Below are positions 49,042 to 59,157 of a stretch of 64,000 nucleotides of DNA, in pieces. The position numbers were made by a program, and so were the translations under genes. The stretch is from an uncultured Alphaproteobacteria bacterium (GTDB taxonomy: Bacteria > Pseudomonadota > Alphaproteobacteria > UBA2966), in contig OY282368.1 of the NCBI GenBank assembly GCA_958295725.1, positions 2,882,365 to 2,946,364 of the forward strand. Direction: 5' to 3'. The notes beneath the pieces are model-generated. The model did no database searches. It was not told where the DNA came from and saw nothing but the letters and a program-made list of their open reading frames with translations. Within the stretch, counting starts at the first letter, position 1, and every line of letters starts with the position of its first letter.

Positions 49042-49884
49042 ATGCCCCGCTACAGATTGATCATCGAATACGACGGGACACCCTTCCACGGCTGGCAACG
49101 CCAAGCCAACGGCCCCTCCGTACAGGAATGTCTGGAAGGCGCGATCAAGCGGTTCTGCGGCGACAACGTCACGTCGCATGCCGCCGGCCGAACCGATGCC
49201 GGCGTGCACGCCCTGGGGCAGGCGGTCCACGTGGACTTGTCGCGCGCCCATTCGGTCGACACGGTGCGGAACGCCGTCAATTTTCACCTCCGGCCGGCTC
49301 CCGTCGCGGTGCTCGACGTCGTACGGGTGGACGAGCGGTTCCACGCGCGCTTTTCGGCGACGGCCCGCCACTACCACTATCGCATATCGGATCGCGCGGC
49401 GCCTCCGACGATCGCGCGGAACCGGGTCTGGCACGTCTCCGTGGCGCTCGACGCGGCCGCCATGCACGAAGCCGCCCAGGCGCTCGTCGGCCGACACGAC
49501 TTCACGACCTTCCGGGCGGCGCGGTGCCAGTCGGCGTCGCCTGTCAAGACCCTCGACCGTCTGCGGGTCGACCGGCGCGGGGAAGAGATCGAAGTGCATG
49601 CGTCCGCGCGGTCGTTCCTGCACCGTCAGGTCCGGGCGATGACGGGCACCCTGAAGCTGGTGGGAGAAGGCAAGTGGCGCGTCGCCGACATTGCCGACGC
49701 CCTGGCAGCGCGAGACCGTTCCCGTGCGGGACCCACGGCACCGGCGCCGGGCCTCTACCTCGTCCGCGTCGATTACGACCGACGGCCCGACCTGTCGGCA
49801 GGGTCAGAGAAACCGCTCGACCCCGAACATGACGACCAGTCCCACCAGAAGGTCGACCGCCACCACGATCAGCGCCATCAGTGA
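49042..49884 (+). CDS. truA: tRNA pseudouridine(38-40) synthase
   Basis: TruA sequence ([18 protein letters not shown]...[19 protein letters not shown]). The ~35-aa low-complexity C-terminal tail overlaps the convergent downstream gene. Confidence 0.9.
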   Translation: MPRYRLIIEYDGTPFHGWQRQANGPSVQECLEGAIKRFCGDNVTSHAAGRTDAGVHALGQAVHVDLSRAHSVDTVRNAVNFHLRPAPVAVLDVVRVDERFHARFSATARHYHYRISDRAAPPTIARNRVWHVSVALDAAAMHEAAQALVGRHDFTTFRAARCQSASPVKTLDRLRVDRRGEEIEVHASARSFLHRQVRAMTGTLKLVGEGKWRVADIADALAARDRSRAGPTAPAPGLYLVRVDYDRRPDLSAGSEKPLDPEHDDQSHQKVDRHHDQRHQ

Positions 49885-50364
49885 GGCCACTTGCAGGGCG
49901 GCGCGGGCGATGAACCACTGATAGAAGAGCAAGGCGCCGGTGACCAGCAGGCCCAACAGGCTGATCACCATCGCCGGCAGCAACCCGGATGCATTGAGGA
50001 GGACGAGCGGCAGGGCCACGCCCACCTGCACAACCGCCGACCAGTTGTAGGCGACGATGTAGGCGACGTAGCGGGCACCCAAGGACAACGCCCAGCATAC
50101 CGGGATCATGACGAGCGGGAACGTGATCCATCCGAGGACATAGGTAACCGACTCGACGAGATAGTAGCTTTCGATGCTCGCGCCTTGCGGATCGAACCGC
50201 AGCGCCACGATGAGCGCGAAGGGCGGGGCAACCAGGAAGGCCGCGGTGAACGAACGCCAAAATCCGGGCACGGATGCCGAGAACCATCGCATGGCGGAGG
50301 CATCGAACAGCGCGAGGCGATAGGCGCCGAAGACCGAGTTGAGAATTTCCTGGCCCGTCGGCAT
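49804..50364 (-). CDS. Hypothetical integral membrane protein (about 5 TM segments) downstream of dapE
   Basis: The start was trimmed to [17 protein letters not shown] (ATG at 50364), 12 nt after the dapE stop. The product is hydrophobic. The 3' end overlaps truA by 81 nt in convergent orientation. Confidence 0.5.
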   Translation of the reverse strand: MPTGQEILNSVFGAYRLALFDASAMRWFSASVPGFWRSFTAAFLVAPPFALIVALRFDPQGASIESYYLVESVTYVLGWITFPLVMIPVCWALSLGARYVAYIVAYNWSAVVQVGVALPLVLLNASGLLPAMVISLLGLLVTGALLFYQWFIARAALQVASLMALIVVAVDLLVGLVVMFGVERFL

Positions 50365-50375
50365 GGAGCGGCTCC

Positions 50376-51539
50376 TCAGACGGTGAAGAAGTCTTCGAGA
50401 ACCGCGTTGTAGACCTCCGTCAACTTCGCGAGGTCGGAGACCGCGACGCACTCGTTCGCCTTGTGCATCGTGCGTCCGACGAGACCGAATTCCGCGACTT
50501 CCGCGTGGTCCTTGATGAACCGGGCATCGGAAGTCCCGCCGCCCGTGCCGAGCTCGGGCCTGACGCCGAGCACGCGTTCGACGGCGGCCGCGACGGTCGC
50601 GGAGAACGCGCCCGGCCCAGCCAGGAACGCCTCGCCGCCGACCGAGACCTCCAGCGTGTAGGCACCCCCGGCCACCTCGTCGAACCGTTCCCGCAACCAC
50701 GCCTCGAGCGACGCGCCGGTATGCGCGTCGTTGAACCGAATGTTGAAGATCGCGCGAGCACTGGCCGGAATGACGTTCGCCGCAGGGTTCCCGACGTCCA
50801 CAGACGTGACGGCGATCGTCGATGGCTCGAAATGTTCGTTCCCGTCGTCGAGGGCCGTCTCGGTGAGTATCCGCAGCATGGCGACCAGCCGCGGCACGGG
50901 GTTGTCCGCGAGGTGGGGATAGGCGGCGTGTCCCTGTATACCCTCGACGCTCAGTCGGCCGACCATCGAGCCCCGCCGCCCGATCTTGATCATGTCGCCG
51001 ACATTCTCGGGATTGGTGGGTTCGCCCACGAGACAGACGTCGATGGACTCGCCGTTCTCGACCATCCACCGGAGCACCTTCCTGGTGCCATTGATCGCCG
51101 GGCCCTCCTCGTCCCCGGTTATCAGTACGCAGATCGACCCTCGCCACTCGCGCTCCCCGCCCTTCAGGAACCGCGCCACTGCGGAGACGAAACAGGCGAT
51201 CGCGCCCTTCATGTCGACAGCTCCACGGCCATGCAGGACGCCGTCGCGGACTCCGCCGGAGAACGGGTCGGACCGCCACCGGCTGGCGTCGCCGACCGGC
51301 ACGACATCCGTGTGTCCGGCGAAGCAAAAGGCGGGAGCGCCGTCGCCGAGTCGGGCGTAGAGGTTGTCCACATCGGCCGCGCCGGGCTCGGAAAACGGCA
51401 GACGCCAGCACTTGAATCCCAAGCGTTCCAGTTCCTCCCGCAGGACATCCAGGGCCCCCTCGTCCGCGGGCGTCACGCTCGGGCACCGGATCATGCGGGC
51501 GGCGAACCCGGTCGCGTCGATGTCGAGGGGGAGGGACAT
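50376..51539 (-). CDS. dapE: Succinyl-diaminopimelate desuccinylase
   Basis: M20 peptidase/DapE motifs ([23 protein letters not shown]). Confidence 0.9.
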   Translation of the reverse strand: MSLPLDIDATGFAARMIRCPSVTPADEGALDVLREELERLGFKCWRLPFSEPGAADVDNLYARLGDGAPAFCFAGHTDVVPVGDASRWRSDPFSGGVRDGVLHGRGAVDMKGAIACFVSAVARFLKGGEREWRGSICVLITGDEEGPAINGTRKVLRWMVENGESIDVCLVGEPTNPENVGDMIKIGRRGSMVGRLSVEGIQGHAAYPHLADNPVPRLVAMLRILTETALDDGNEHFEPSTIAVTSVDVGNPAANVIPASARAIFNIRFNDAHTGASLEAWLRERFDEVAGGAYTLEVSVGGEAFLAGPGAFSATVAAAVERVLGVRPELGTGGGTSDARFIKDHAEVAEFGLVGRTMHKANECVAVSDLAKLTEVYNAVLEDFFTV

Positions 51540-51570
51540 GAGTCCGCCGTTCGCGGCCGACGCGCCGCGA

Positions 51571-52422
51571 TCAGTCGCGCAGGAGCTCGTTGATCGACGT
51601 CTTCTCGCGCGTCCGAGCGTCTACGCGCTTGACGATCACGGCGCAATACAGCGACGGACCCGGCGATCCGTCGGCAAGATTCCGGCCGGGCATCGAGCCT
51701 GGCACGACAACGGAATACGCCGGCACCCTACCATAGAAAACCTCGCCGCTGTCCCGATCCAAGATCCGGGTTGAGGCGCCGATATAGACGCCCATGGACA
51801 AGACCGCCCCCTCCTCGACGATCACCCCCTCGGCAACCTCGGAACGGGCGCCGATGAAGCAATTGTCCTCGACGATCACGGGGTCGGCCTGCAACGGTTC
51901 CAGCACGCCGCCGATACCGGCGCCCCCCGAGATATGACAGTTCCTGCCGACTTGGGCGCAACTGCCGACGGTCGCCCAAGTATCCACCATCGTTCCCGAA
52001 TCGACATAGGCGCCGAGATTGACGAAGGAGGGCATGAGGATCACGCCGGGGGCGATGTAGGCCGATTTGCGGACCACGCAATTGGGAACGGCGCGAAACC
52101 CGGCGTCGCGGAACCGGGCCTCGTCCCAACCGGCGAACTTCGAAGGCACCTTGTCGAACCATGGCGTATCCAGGCCCGGTCCACCGGCGATCGACGTCAT
52201 GTCGTAGAGGCGGAAGGACAGCAGGACAGCCATCTTCAGCCACTGGTCGACGATCCACCCTCCATCCGACTTCCGGGCGACGCGCAGGGCGCCGGAATCG
52301 AGGCCGTCCAGGGCCGCCTCGACAGCCTCCCGAACCGGTCCCGAAGTCTCGGGCGAGATTGACTCCCGATCCTCGTAGGCCGCCTCGATCGTCCGCCGGA
52401 GATCGAACGTCTCCATCGCCAT
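51571..52422 (-). CDS. dapD: 2,3,4,5-tetrahydropyridine-2,6-dicarboxylate N-succinyltransferase
   Basis: Hexapeptide-repeat left-handed beta helix with a DapD N-terminal domain. The start was trimmed to MAMETFDL (ATG at 52422). Confidence 0.85.
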   Translation of the reverse strand: MAMETFDLRRTIEAAYEDRESISPETSGPVREAVEAALDGLDSGALRVARKSDGGWIVDQWLKMAVLLSFRLYDMTSIAGGPGLDTPWFDKVPSKFAGWDEARFRDAGFRAVPNCVVRKSAYIAPGVILMPSFVNLGAYVDSGTMVDTWATVGSCAQVGRNCHISGGAGIGGVLEPLQADPVIVEDNCFIGARSEVAEGVIVEEGAVLSMGVYIGASTRILDRDSGEVFYGRVPAYSVVVPGSMPGRNLADGSPGPSLYCAVIVKRVDARTREKTSINELLRD

Positions 52423-52498
52423 TCCTTTCGCCCGCGCCCGGAGGAGGCCCGAACATAGTAGGGGAGTGCCCCCTGTCAACCGAGCGCGGGAGCGTGTC

Positions 52499-53206
52499 CT
52501 ACGCGGGCACGGCGACGTCGAGCCAGTGGGCGAGATGCTCGGCCACGTAGTGAACGTACCCCTCGTCGTCGGACCGCTCCCATTCCCGGCGTCCCGGAAT
52601 CCACACCGTGGTCATGCCGATGTCCGCCGCCGGCTTGAGGTTGCGCGGGATATCGTCGAAGAACACCGATTTCGTCGGGTCGACCGCGTGCCGTTCCAGC
52701 AACCGATCGTAAGTCTCGACGTGTGGCTTGGGGGCGTAGGCGGCGGCAATGACGTCGAATATCTCCTCGAAATGACCATCGACGCCGAGCCTCCGGATCA
52801 CACGCTCCGCGTGAGCCGATGTCGCGCTGGTGAAGATCAGCTTGCGGCCCGGGAGTCGCGCCAAGACTTCCCTCAGCAGGGGATCCGGATCGACGGGCGA
52901 GAGGTCGATGTCATGCACGTATTCCAGGTAGCCGTCCGGTTCCATGCCGTGAAGGGACATCATGCCCCGCAGGGTGCTGCCGTGGCCGAGATAGAACTCC
53001 TTCTGGCGACGGCGCGCGGTTTCGAGGTCAATGCGGAAGAACGAGGCCACGTACTCGCCGATCCTGCGGTCGATCTGATCGAAGAGCCGGCAGCGCGCGG
53101 GATAGAGCGTGTTGTCGAGGTCGAATATCCAGGTATCGATGTGTCGCAGATCCCGCGGGCGGGCGAACCTGGACTGTCCCCGGGGAGGGGCCGTCGGTTC
53201 CATCAC
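52499..53206 (-). CDS. HAD-superfamily pyrimidine 5'-nucleotidase
   Basis: HAD motif I (IFDLDNTLY) and motifs III/IV (FFDD). The start is uncertain. Confidence 0.7.
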   Translation of the reverse strand: MMEPTAPPRGQSRFARPRDLRHIDTWIFDLDNTLYPARCRLFDQIDRRIGEYVASFFRIDLETARRRQKEFYLGHGSTLRGMMSLHGMEPDGYLEYVHDIDLSPVDPDPLLREVLARLPGRKLIFTSATSAHAERVIRRLGVDGHFEEIFDVIAAAYAPKPHVETYDRLLERHAVDPTKSVFFDDIPRNLKPAADIGMTTVWIPGRREWERSDDEGYVHYVAEHLAHWLDVAVPA

Positions 53207-53230
53207 GGAGCGCGCTCCGCCGCGAATGGG

Positions 53231-54160
53231 CTATTCGCCATCGATCTTGGTGCCGATCCCCTGTTCCGTGAAGATCTCGAGCAGGAGCGTATGCGGGATC
53301 CGGCCATCGAGCACGTGAGCGGCGCCGCACCCCGCATTTATCGCGGCCAGACAGGTCTCGATCTTGGGGATCATGCCGCCGGACACCGCTCTCCCCGAGA
53401 CGAGGCGCCTGGCTTGGGCGGGCGTCATCTCGCTGATCAGGTCGCCCCGTTCGTTCAGAACGCCGGGAACGTCCGTCAACACGATCAACTTGCTCGCGCC
53501 GAGCGCGCCGGCGATGGCGCCCGCCGCCGTATCGGCATTGATGTTGAAGGTTTCGCCGTTCCGCCCCGCCCCGATGGGGGCGATAACGGGGATGACGGAG
53601 CTGGCCGCGAGGGAGTCGAGCACGGTACCGTCGATTTCGCTGGGTTCTCCCACGAATCCCAGATCGAGAACGCGCTCGATGTTCGAATCGGGGTCCCGTT
53701 TCCGCCGGCGCAACCGCTTGGCGGTGATGAGCCGGCCGTCTTTTCCGGACAATCCCACCGCCGTGCCGCCGGCCTCGTTGATGGATGCTACGATCTGCTT
53801 GTTGATGGATCCCGACAAAACCATCTCGACGATCTCAACGGTCGCGCCGTCGGTGACGCGCAAGCCGTCGATGAACGAGCTCTTGATCCTGAGACGGTCG
53901 AGCATCGCGCCGATCTGCGGCCCGCCCCCATGGACCACGACGGGATTGATGCCGACCTGCTTGAGCAGCACGATGTCCGACGCGAACGCGCTCCGCAGCG
54001 CGTCGTCGCCCATGGTCGCGCCGCCATATTTGATGACGAAGGTCTGACGGGCGAAACGGTGCATGTAGGGAAGCGCCTCGGTCAACGTCCGGGCGGTGTC
54101 CATGTCGTGCGCCGGCCTGACTTCGCGCTTTCGGCTCATGGGCCGCGGGTTATAGAGCAA
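53231..54160 (-). CDS. argB: Acetylglutamate kinase
   Basis: Amino-acid kinase family motifs ([20 protein letters not shown]). Confidence 0.95.
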   Translation of the reverse strand: MLYNPRPMSRKREVRPAHDMDTARTLTEALPYMHRFARQTFVIKYGGATMGDDALRSAFASDIVLLKQVGINPVVVHGGGPQIGAMLDRLRIKSSFIDGLRVTDGATVEIVEMVLSGSINKQIVASINEAGGTAVGLSGKDGRLITAKRLRRRKRDPDSNIERVLDLGFVGEPSEIDGTVLDSLAASSVIPVIAPIGAGRNGETFNINADTAAGAIAGALGASKLIVLTDVPGVLNERGDLISEMTPAQARRLVSGRAVSGGMIPKIETCLAAINAGCGAAHVLDGRIPHTLLLEIFTEQGIGTKIDGE

Positions 54161-54829
54161 TCAGGCATCGTCCACCAGCGCCGCGATCGCGGACCGGAGC
54201 TCCGGCAGGCCTTCGCCACCGACAGCGCTAGTGAACAGGAGGCCCGGGTGGACCGCCGCGTGGCCGGACAGTCGAGACAGGGTGGTCGTCCGGATCCCGG
54301 GCCGCGCCGACGGTTCAAGCTTGTCCGACTTGGTCATCACGACCTGATAGGACACGGCGACGGAATCGAGCAGCTGCATCACCGGACCGTCGGTAGCTTT
54401 CAGGCCGTGGCGGGCGTCGATCAGCAGGATGGCGCGGAGAAGCGTCGGCCGGCCGGCAAGGTATGAATCGACGAGCCGGGTCCATGTCCGAACTTCTCTC
54501 CTCGGTGCCTTGGCGTACCCGTATCCCGGGAGATCGACGAGCATGACTCGGTCGTTGAGCGCGAAGAAGTTGATCTGGCGCGTTCGACCTGGCGCCGAGG
54601 ACGTGCGGGCGAGGGCCTTGCGATTGAGCAGGGCGTTGATGATGCTCGATTTCCCGACGTTGGACCGTCCGGCGAAAGCGATTTCGGGCGGACCCGATTC
54701 GGGCAACTGGCCGAGTTCGGCGACGCCCGCGACGAACTCGCAGGGTCCCGCGAACAGCAGACGACCGCGCTCCAACGCGTCCGGATCGCGCCAGGCGTCC
54801 TCCGGCGGACACTCCCCCACCGCCGTCAT
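54161..54829 (-). CDS. engB: Ribosome biogenesis GTP-binding protein YihA/YsxC (EngB)
   Basis: G1 motif GRSNVGKSS, G3 motif DLPGYG and G4 motif TKSD. Adjacent to yidC, as is typical. Confidence 0.9.
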   Translation of the reverse strand: MTAVGECPPEDAWRDPDALERGRLLFAGPCEFVAGVAELGQLPESGPPEIAFAGRSNVGKSSIINALLNRKALARTSSAPGRTRQINFFALNDRVMLVDLPGYGYAKAPRREVRTWTRLVDSYLAGRPTLLRAILLIDARHGLKATDGPVMQLLDSVAVSYQVVMTKSDKLEPSARPGIRTTTLSRLSGHAAVHPGLLFTSAVGGEGLPELRSAIAALVDDA

Positions 54830-54833
54830 GGCG

Positions 54834-56612
54834 TCAGGTGGGTTGCGTGGGCTGCGCGGGTTGCGCCGACTGCCTGGTAATCCCGGCGCGCTTGTAGATC
54901 ACCCATTGCTGCGCCATTGACAGCACGTTGTTCCATGTCCAATAGATCACGAGACCCGCGGGGAACTGGGCCAGGACGAACGTAAACACGACGGGAAGCG
55001 CCAGAAAGATCTTCGCCTGCATGGGATCGACCGGCTGCGGATTGATCTTCTGTTGCAGAAACATGGAGACACCCATGAGGAGCGGCCAGATCCCGATCTG
55101 CAGAAATATCGGCGGATCCCAGGGAACGAGACCGAACAGATTGAACACGGTCGTGGGGTCGGCCGCGGACAGATCCCGGATCCAGCCATAGAAGGGTGCG
55201 TGACGCATCTCGATGGTAACGAACAGGACCTTGTACAGGGCGAAGAACACGGGAATCTGCATGGCGATCGGCAGGCATCCCGCCATCGGATTGACCTTTT
55301 CCCGGCGATACAGGTCCATCATCTCCCGGTGAAGTCTCTGACGGTCGTCACCGCACTGTTCCCGCATTTTCGTCATCTCGGGCTGCAACTTGCGCATGGC
55401 GTGCATCGCCCGGAACGACTTGTTCGCCAACGGGAAGAACAGGATGCGGATAATCACGGTGAAGACCAGAATGGCCAAGCCGAAGTTCTCCAGCCCCCGA
55501 TTGAGATAGTCGAGGACGAAGAAAATCGGCTTGGTCAGGAAGTAGAACCAGCCGAAGTCCACCGCGAGATCGAACCGTGGAATGCCCCGGGTCTCGGCGT
55601 ACGTGTCCAGCAGGTGCACCTCCTTGGCGCCCGCGAAGAGCTGGCTGGAGACCTCGACCGCGCCTCCGGCGGGAATCACTCGGGGCCCGCCGAGAAAATC
55701 GACTTGGTACCGGTCGGTCCCATCCACCGCCGCGTGATTGAAGCTGGTGTCGATCGGTTCGGACTGGTCGGGGACGAGCGCGGTGAGCCAGTACTTGTCC
55801 GTGATTCCGAGCCAGCCGCCCGTGCTCCGGACCGTCTGCCGGCCGTCGTCCTGCAGATCGTCGTAATCGATCTCCCGCAGTTCGTCGTCGAGGACGCCGA
55901 TGGGACCTTCGTGCAAGATGAAGAATCCGAGCGTGTCCGGCGGGTTCGTGCGCGATATCAGACCGTAGGGGTGCAGCGTGACGGGCGCGGCGCCGCTGTT
56001 CGAGACGCGCTGCGAAACCGAGATCAAATAGTTCTCGTCCACCGATATGGTGCGCCGGAACAGCAGGCCCTGACCGTTGTCCCACTCGAGCGCGATCGGC
56101 GCCCCCGGCACCAGAACGTCGCCATTGGCCCGCCACGGCGTGGTCGTATCGGGTATGGGCACGTTCGTCCCCGCCCCGACGGCCCAGCCGAACTCCACAT
56201 AGTACGAGTTGGGCGCGCCAGCGGGCGACAGCAGCATGATGTACCCGTCATCCGCCTCGATCGTCTCGCGGTAGTCGGAGAGCAAGAGATTGTCGATGCG
56301 CGCGCCTCGCAGCCGGATGGACCCCCTGACACGGCTCGCCTCTATACTCACGCGCGGAGACTCGTCGGTGGTCGCGACCACCCGGCCCGTCATCGGCGCG
56401 GTGGCGGACGCGCCGGGCACCGCGGGCGCGGCTGTCACCGGCCCGGACGCGACGGCCGGCGGCGCCGTTGATCCTGCGTTCGGCACCGCCTGTTCGGCCA
56501 CCGGCGGCGGCGAGAGATCATCGACCGCGGGACGCCGGTACGTCATGTCCCATAACATCAGGATGACGAGCGACAGCACGGCCGCCAGGATCAGATTCTT
56601 ATGTTCCGACAT
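54834..56612 (-). CDS. yidC: Membrane protein insertase YidC
   Basis: N-terminal TM segment, a periplasmic domain, and a C-terminal 60-kDa inner-membrane insertase domain (GWFYFLTKPIF...GCLPIAMQIPVFFALY). Confidence 0.95.
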   Translation of the reverse strand: MSEHKNLILAAVLSLVILMLWDMTYRRPAVDDLSPPPVAEQAVPNAGSTAPPAVASGPVTAAPAVPGASATAPMTGRVVATTDESPRVSIEASRVRGSIRLRGARIDNLLLSDYRETIEADDGYIMLLSPAGAPNSYYVEFGWAVGAGTNVPIPDTTTPWRANGDVLVPGAPIALEWDNGQGLLFRRTISVDENYLISVSQRVSNSGAAPVTLHPYGLISRTNPPDTLGFFILHEGPIGVLDDELREIDYDDLQDDGRQTVRSTGGWLGITDKYWLTALVPDQSEPIDTSFNHAAVDGTDRYQVDFLGGPRVIPAGGAVEVSSQLFAGAKEVHLLDTYAETRGIPRFDLAVDFGWFYFLTKPIFFVLDYLNRGLENFGLAILVFTVIIRILFFPLANKSFRAMHAMRKLQPEMTKMREQCGDDRQRLHREMMDLYRREKVNPMAGCLPIAMQIPVFFALYKVLFVTIEMRHAPFYGWIRDLSAADPTTVFNLFGLVPWDPPIFLQIGIWPLLMGVSMFLQQKINPQPVDPMQAKIFLALPVVFTFVLAQFPAGLVIYWTWNNVLSMAQQWVIYKRAGITRQSAQPAQPTQPT

Positions 56613-56903
56613 TCAGGGTCGGCCGCTCTCGTCCGGCGCGAGGGTATCGGAGAGAGATGCCCCGGGAACCGGATCGTATCCGGCGCCTCCCCACGGGTGA
56701 CACCGCAGAATCCGCCGCGCCGCCATGTATCCGCCGCGCAGAGTCCCGAACCGGAGCAGCGACTCCAGGGCATACTCGGAACAACTGGGCGCGAACCGGC
56801 AACTCGGGATTAAAAAGGGCGAGACTCCCCATCGGTAGGCGCGAACCAGCCCCCTCAGGACCACCGCCAGCGGATCGAACGCCAAGTCCCGCGCACGCGC
56901 CAA
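56613..56903 (-). CDS. yidD: Membrane protein insertion efficiency factor YidD
   Basis: YidD motif (YRWGVSPFLIPSCRFAPSCSEYALESL...HPWGGAGYDPVP). The start may lie downstream of the one listed. Confidence 0.85.
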   Translation of the reverse strand: MARARDLAFDPLAVVLRGLVRAYRWGVSPFLIPSCRFAPSCSEYALESLLRFGTLRGGYMAARRILRCHPWGGAGYDPVPGASLSDTLAPDESGRP

Positions 56904-56904
56904 C

Positions 56905-57291
56905 CTAGTCCGAGCCCCTCGCCACGAAACCGTCCGCGTGCAGCCGGGACAGCGCGGACTCCAGATCGGTCACGAGATCGCGATAGGGCCGGGATACCGT
57001 ATTTCGGCGGCCGATCAGCACATAATCGTAACCGGATCTGCCATGCCGCGCGAGCACTTCCCGGGCGACGGCCCGGAGGCGTCGTTTGACTCTGTTTCTG
57101 ACCACGGCCTTTCCCACCTTCCGGCTTGCGGTAAATCCGACGCGCATCGCCGGGCTCTCTCGCCTCGCGGAGGCACCCGTCGGCATCCGGTCGGCCTGCA
57201 ATATAAAACCGGGCGTCACCCTCTTGCGCCCGCGTCCCGAAATTCTAAGGAAATCCACCCGTCGTTTCAGCCGTGTGAAGCCGGCCGTCAT
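56905..57291 (-). CDS. rnpA: RNase P protein component
   Basis: RnpA RNR motif region (KRRVDFLRISGRGRKRVTPGFIL...RNRVKRRLR). The start was trimmed to MTAGFTRLKRR (ATG at 57291). Confidence 0.85.
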   Translation of the reverse strand: MTAGFTRLKRRVDFLRISGRGRKRVTPGFILQADRMPTGASARRESPAMRVGFTASRKVGKAVVRNRVKRRLRAVAREVLARHGRSGYDYVLIGRRNTVSRPYRDLVTDLESALSRLHADGFVARGSD

Positions 57292-57296
57292 GGATC

Positions 57297-57431
57297 CTAC
57301 GCGGACAGACGTTTGCGTCGTTTCGACCGTCGTCGCGCGAGGACGGCGCGCCCGCCAACCGACGACATACGCTTGCGAAATCCGTGCCGCCGTTTGCGTA
57401 CGAGATTGCTCGGTTGAAAGGTGCGCTTCAC
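57297..57431 (-). CDS. rpmH: 50S ribosomal protein L34
   Basis: Manual reverse-strand translation gives [44 protein letters not shown]. This is 44 aa with a GTG start and is absent from the ORF track. It completes the conserved rpmH-rnpA-yidD-yidC order. Confidence 0.9.
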   Translation of the reverse strand: MKRTFQPSNLVRKRRHGFRKRMSSVGGRAVLARRRSKRRKRLSA

Positions 57432-57693
57432 TCGACCCGCTCCATGACGCGAAGTCCCTCGGGGGCAACCCCGAACGTGGACGCTGTATAAAGTTTCGCC
57501 TCGCTCAAGTCAATCGGCAGACGCGGCCGACGCCTCCGCCAAAGCCGCACCGCCGCTCGAGGCCGTCGGTCGCGCCGTCCGCGAAGTCCCGACTTCGACG
57601 ATTCGGTATGGCGGACGGCGTTTCCGTTCCTTAGCCTACTGTCCCGGGCGTCACGCTTCGACGCCGACGCAACGCCTCTCTTCGGAGCATGTC

Positions 57694-59121
57694 ATGGCCA
57701 AAACCCTCGATACAGACCTCTGCGTCATCGGCGGCGGGTCCGGCGGGCTTTCGGTCGCCGCCGCCGCCAGTCAAATGGGCGCGAACACGGTGCTCGTCGA
57801 GAAAGGGAAAATGGGCGGCGACTGTCTGAACTACGGGTGCGTGCCGTCGAAATCCCTGATCGCCGCGGGACGCGCCGCGGACGAGATCCGCCATGCCGAG
57901 AGGTTCGGGATCGAGGCACAGGATCCGGTCGCGGACTTCGCGCGCGTACGCGATCATGTCCGGGACGTGATCGATTCGATCGCGCCGGTCGATTCCGCCG
58001 AGCGATTCCGAGCCCTGGGCGTGGACGTCATCCGCGCGGCCGGTCGGTTCGTATCCCCGCGCGAGGTCGACGCCGACGGCACGCGCATCGTCGCCAAGCG
58101 GTTCGTGATCGCCACCGGCTCCAGCCCGGCGACGCCGCCGATTCCCGGACTGGAAACGGTACCGTACTGGACGAACGAGACCGTATTCGACAACAGCGAC
58201 AAACCGGGACATCTGATCGTGATCGGCGGCGGGCCGATCGGCCTGGAGCTGGCGCAAGCGTTCCGTAATCTGGGGTGCGAGGTGAGCGTGGTGGAGATGT
58301 TCGAGCCCCTGGCCAGGGAAGAGCCCGAACTCGTGAGCATTGTCGTGTCGGCGCTGCGGCGGTCCGGCATCGTCATCCACGACCGGAGCAAGGTGACCTC
58401 GGCCGCCCGGGACAGCGAGGGAATCGCGATCAACATCGAACGGGACGGGCAGATCCGCAACGTCGGCGGCACGCACCTCATCGTGGCGGCGGGCCGCAAA
58501 CCGAACATCTCCGAACTCGGACTGGACGAAGCGGGCATCCGGTATTCGCCGCAGGGCATAGAAGTCGACGCCGGTCTGCGAACGGCGAACCGCCGGGTTT
58601 ACGCCATCGGCGACGTGGCGGGCGGACCGCAGTTCACGCACGTGGCAAACCATCACGCCGGGATCGTGATCAGAAACGCCCTGTTCCGCCTTCCCGCGAA
58701 GGTCGACTACACGAGTATTCCACGGGCCGTCTATACGGATCCCGAACTGGCGCATGTCGGCCTTGACGAGGAAGAAGCCCGGCGGCTGCACGGGAACATA
58801 CGGGTGTTGCGCTGGCCGGTGGCGGAAAACGACCGCGCCCACACCGAGCGACGGCATGACGGGCTGGTCAAGGCGATCACCACCGGACGCGGGCGCGTGC
58901 TCGGCGCCTCCATTGTCGCGGATCACGCCGGCGATCTCATCCAGCCCTGGGTTCTGGCGGTCTCGCGGGGTCTCAAGATCGGGGCGCTCGCGGGAATGGT
59001 GGTGGCTTATCCCACGCTGTCGGAAATGAACAAGCGAGCGGCAGGAAGCTACTACACCCCCACGTTGTTCGGCGGGCGGACCCGGCGGCTGGTGCGATTC
59101 CTGATGCGGCTCCCGGCTTGA
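57694..59121 (+). CDS. FAD-dependent pyridine nucleotide-disulfide oxidoreductase, class I (dihydrolipoyl dehydrogenase / mercuric reductase-like)
   Basis: FAD motif GGGSGG, redox-active disulfide GDCLNYGCVPSK, an NAD motif GGGPIGLE, and a C-terminal dimerisation domain with the HPT motif (AYPTLSE). Confidence 0.85.
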   Translation: MAKTLDTDLCVIGGGSGGLSVAAAASQMGANTVLVEKGKMGGDCLNYGCVPSKSLIAAGRAADEIRHAERFGIEAQDPVADFARVRDHVRDVIDSIAPVDSAERFRALGVDVIRAAGRFVSPREVDADGTRIVAKRFVIATGSSPATPPIPGLETVPYWTNETVFDNSDKPGHLIVIGGGPIGLELAQAFRNLGCEVSVVEMFEPLAREEPELVSIVVSALRRSGIVIHDRSKVTSAARDSEGIAINIERDGQIRNVGGTHLIVAAGRKPNISELGLDEAGIRYSPQGIEVDAGLRTANRRVYAIGDVAGGPQFTHVANHHAGIVIRNALFRLPAKVDYTSIPRAVYTDPELAHVGLDEEEARRLHGNIRVLRWPVAENDRAHTERRHDGLVKAITTGRGRVLGASIVADHAGDLIQPWVLAVSRGLKIGALAGMVVAYPTLSEMNKRAAGSYYTPTLFGGRTRRLVRFLMRLPA

Positions 59122-59157
59122 TGGAGTCGCGGAGCGACCGGAACCGGCCACTTCCGT

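Noticed and set aside
50365-51486. Upstream part of the 560-aa minus-strand ORF 49804..51486
   Set aside because: That part is read out of frame across dapE. Only the last 186 codons (49804-50364) form a plausible membrane protein.
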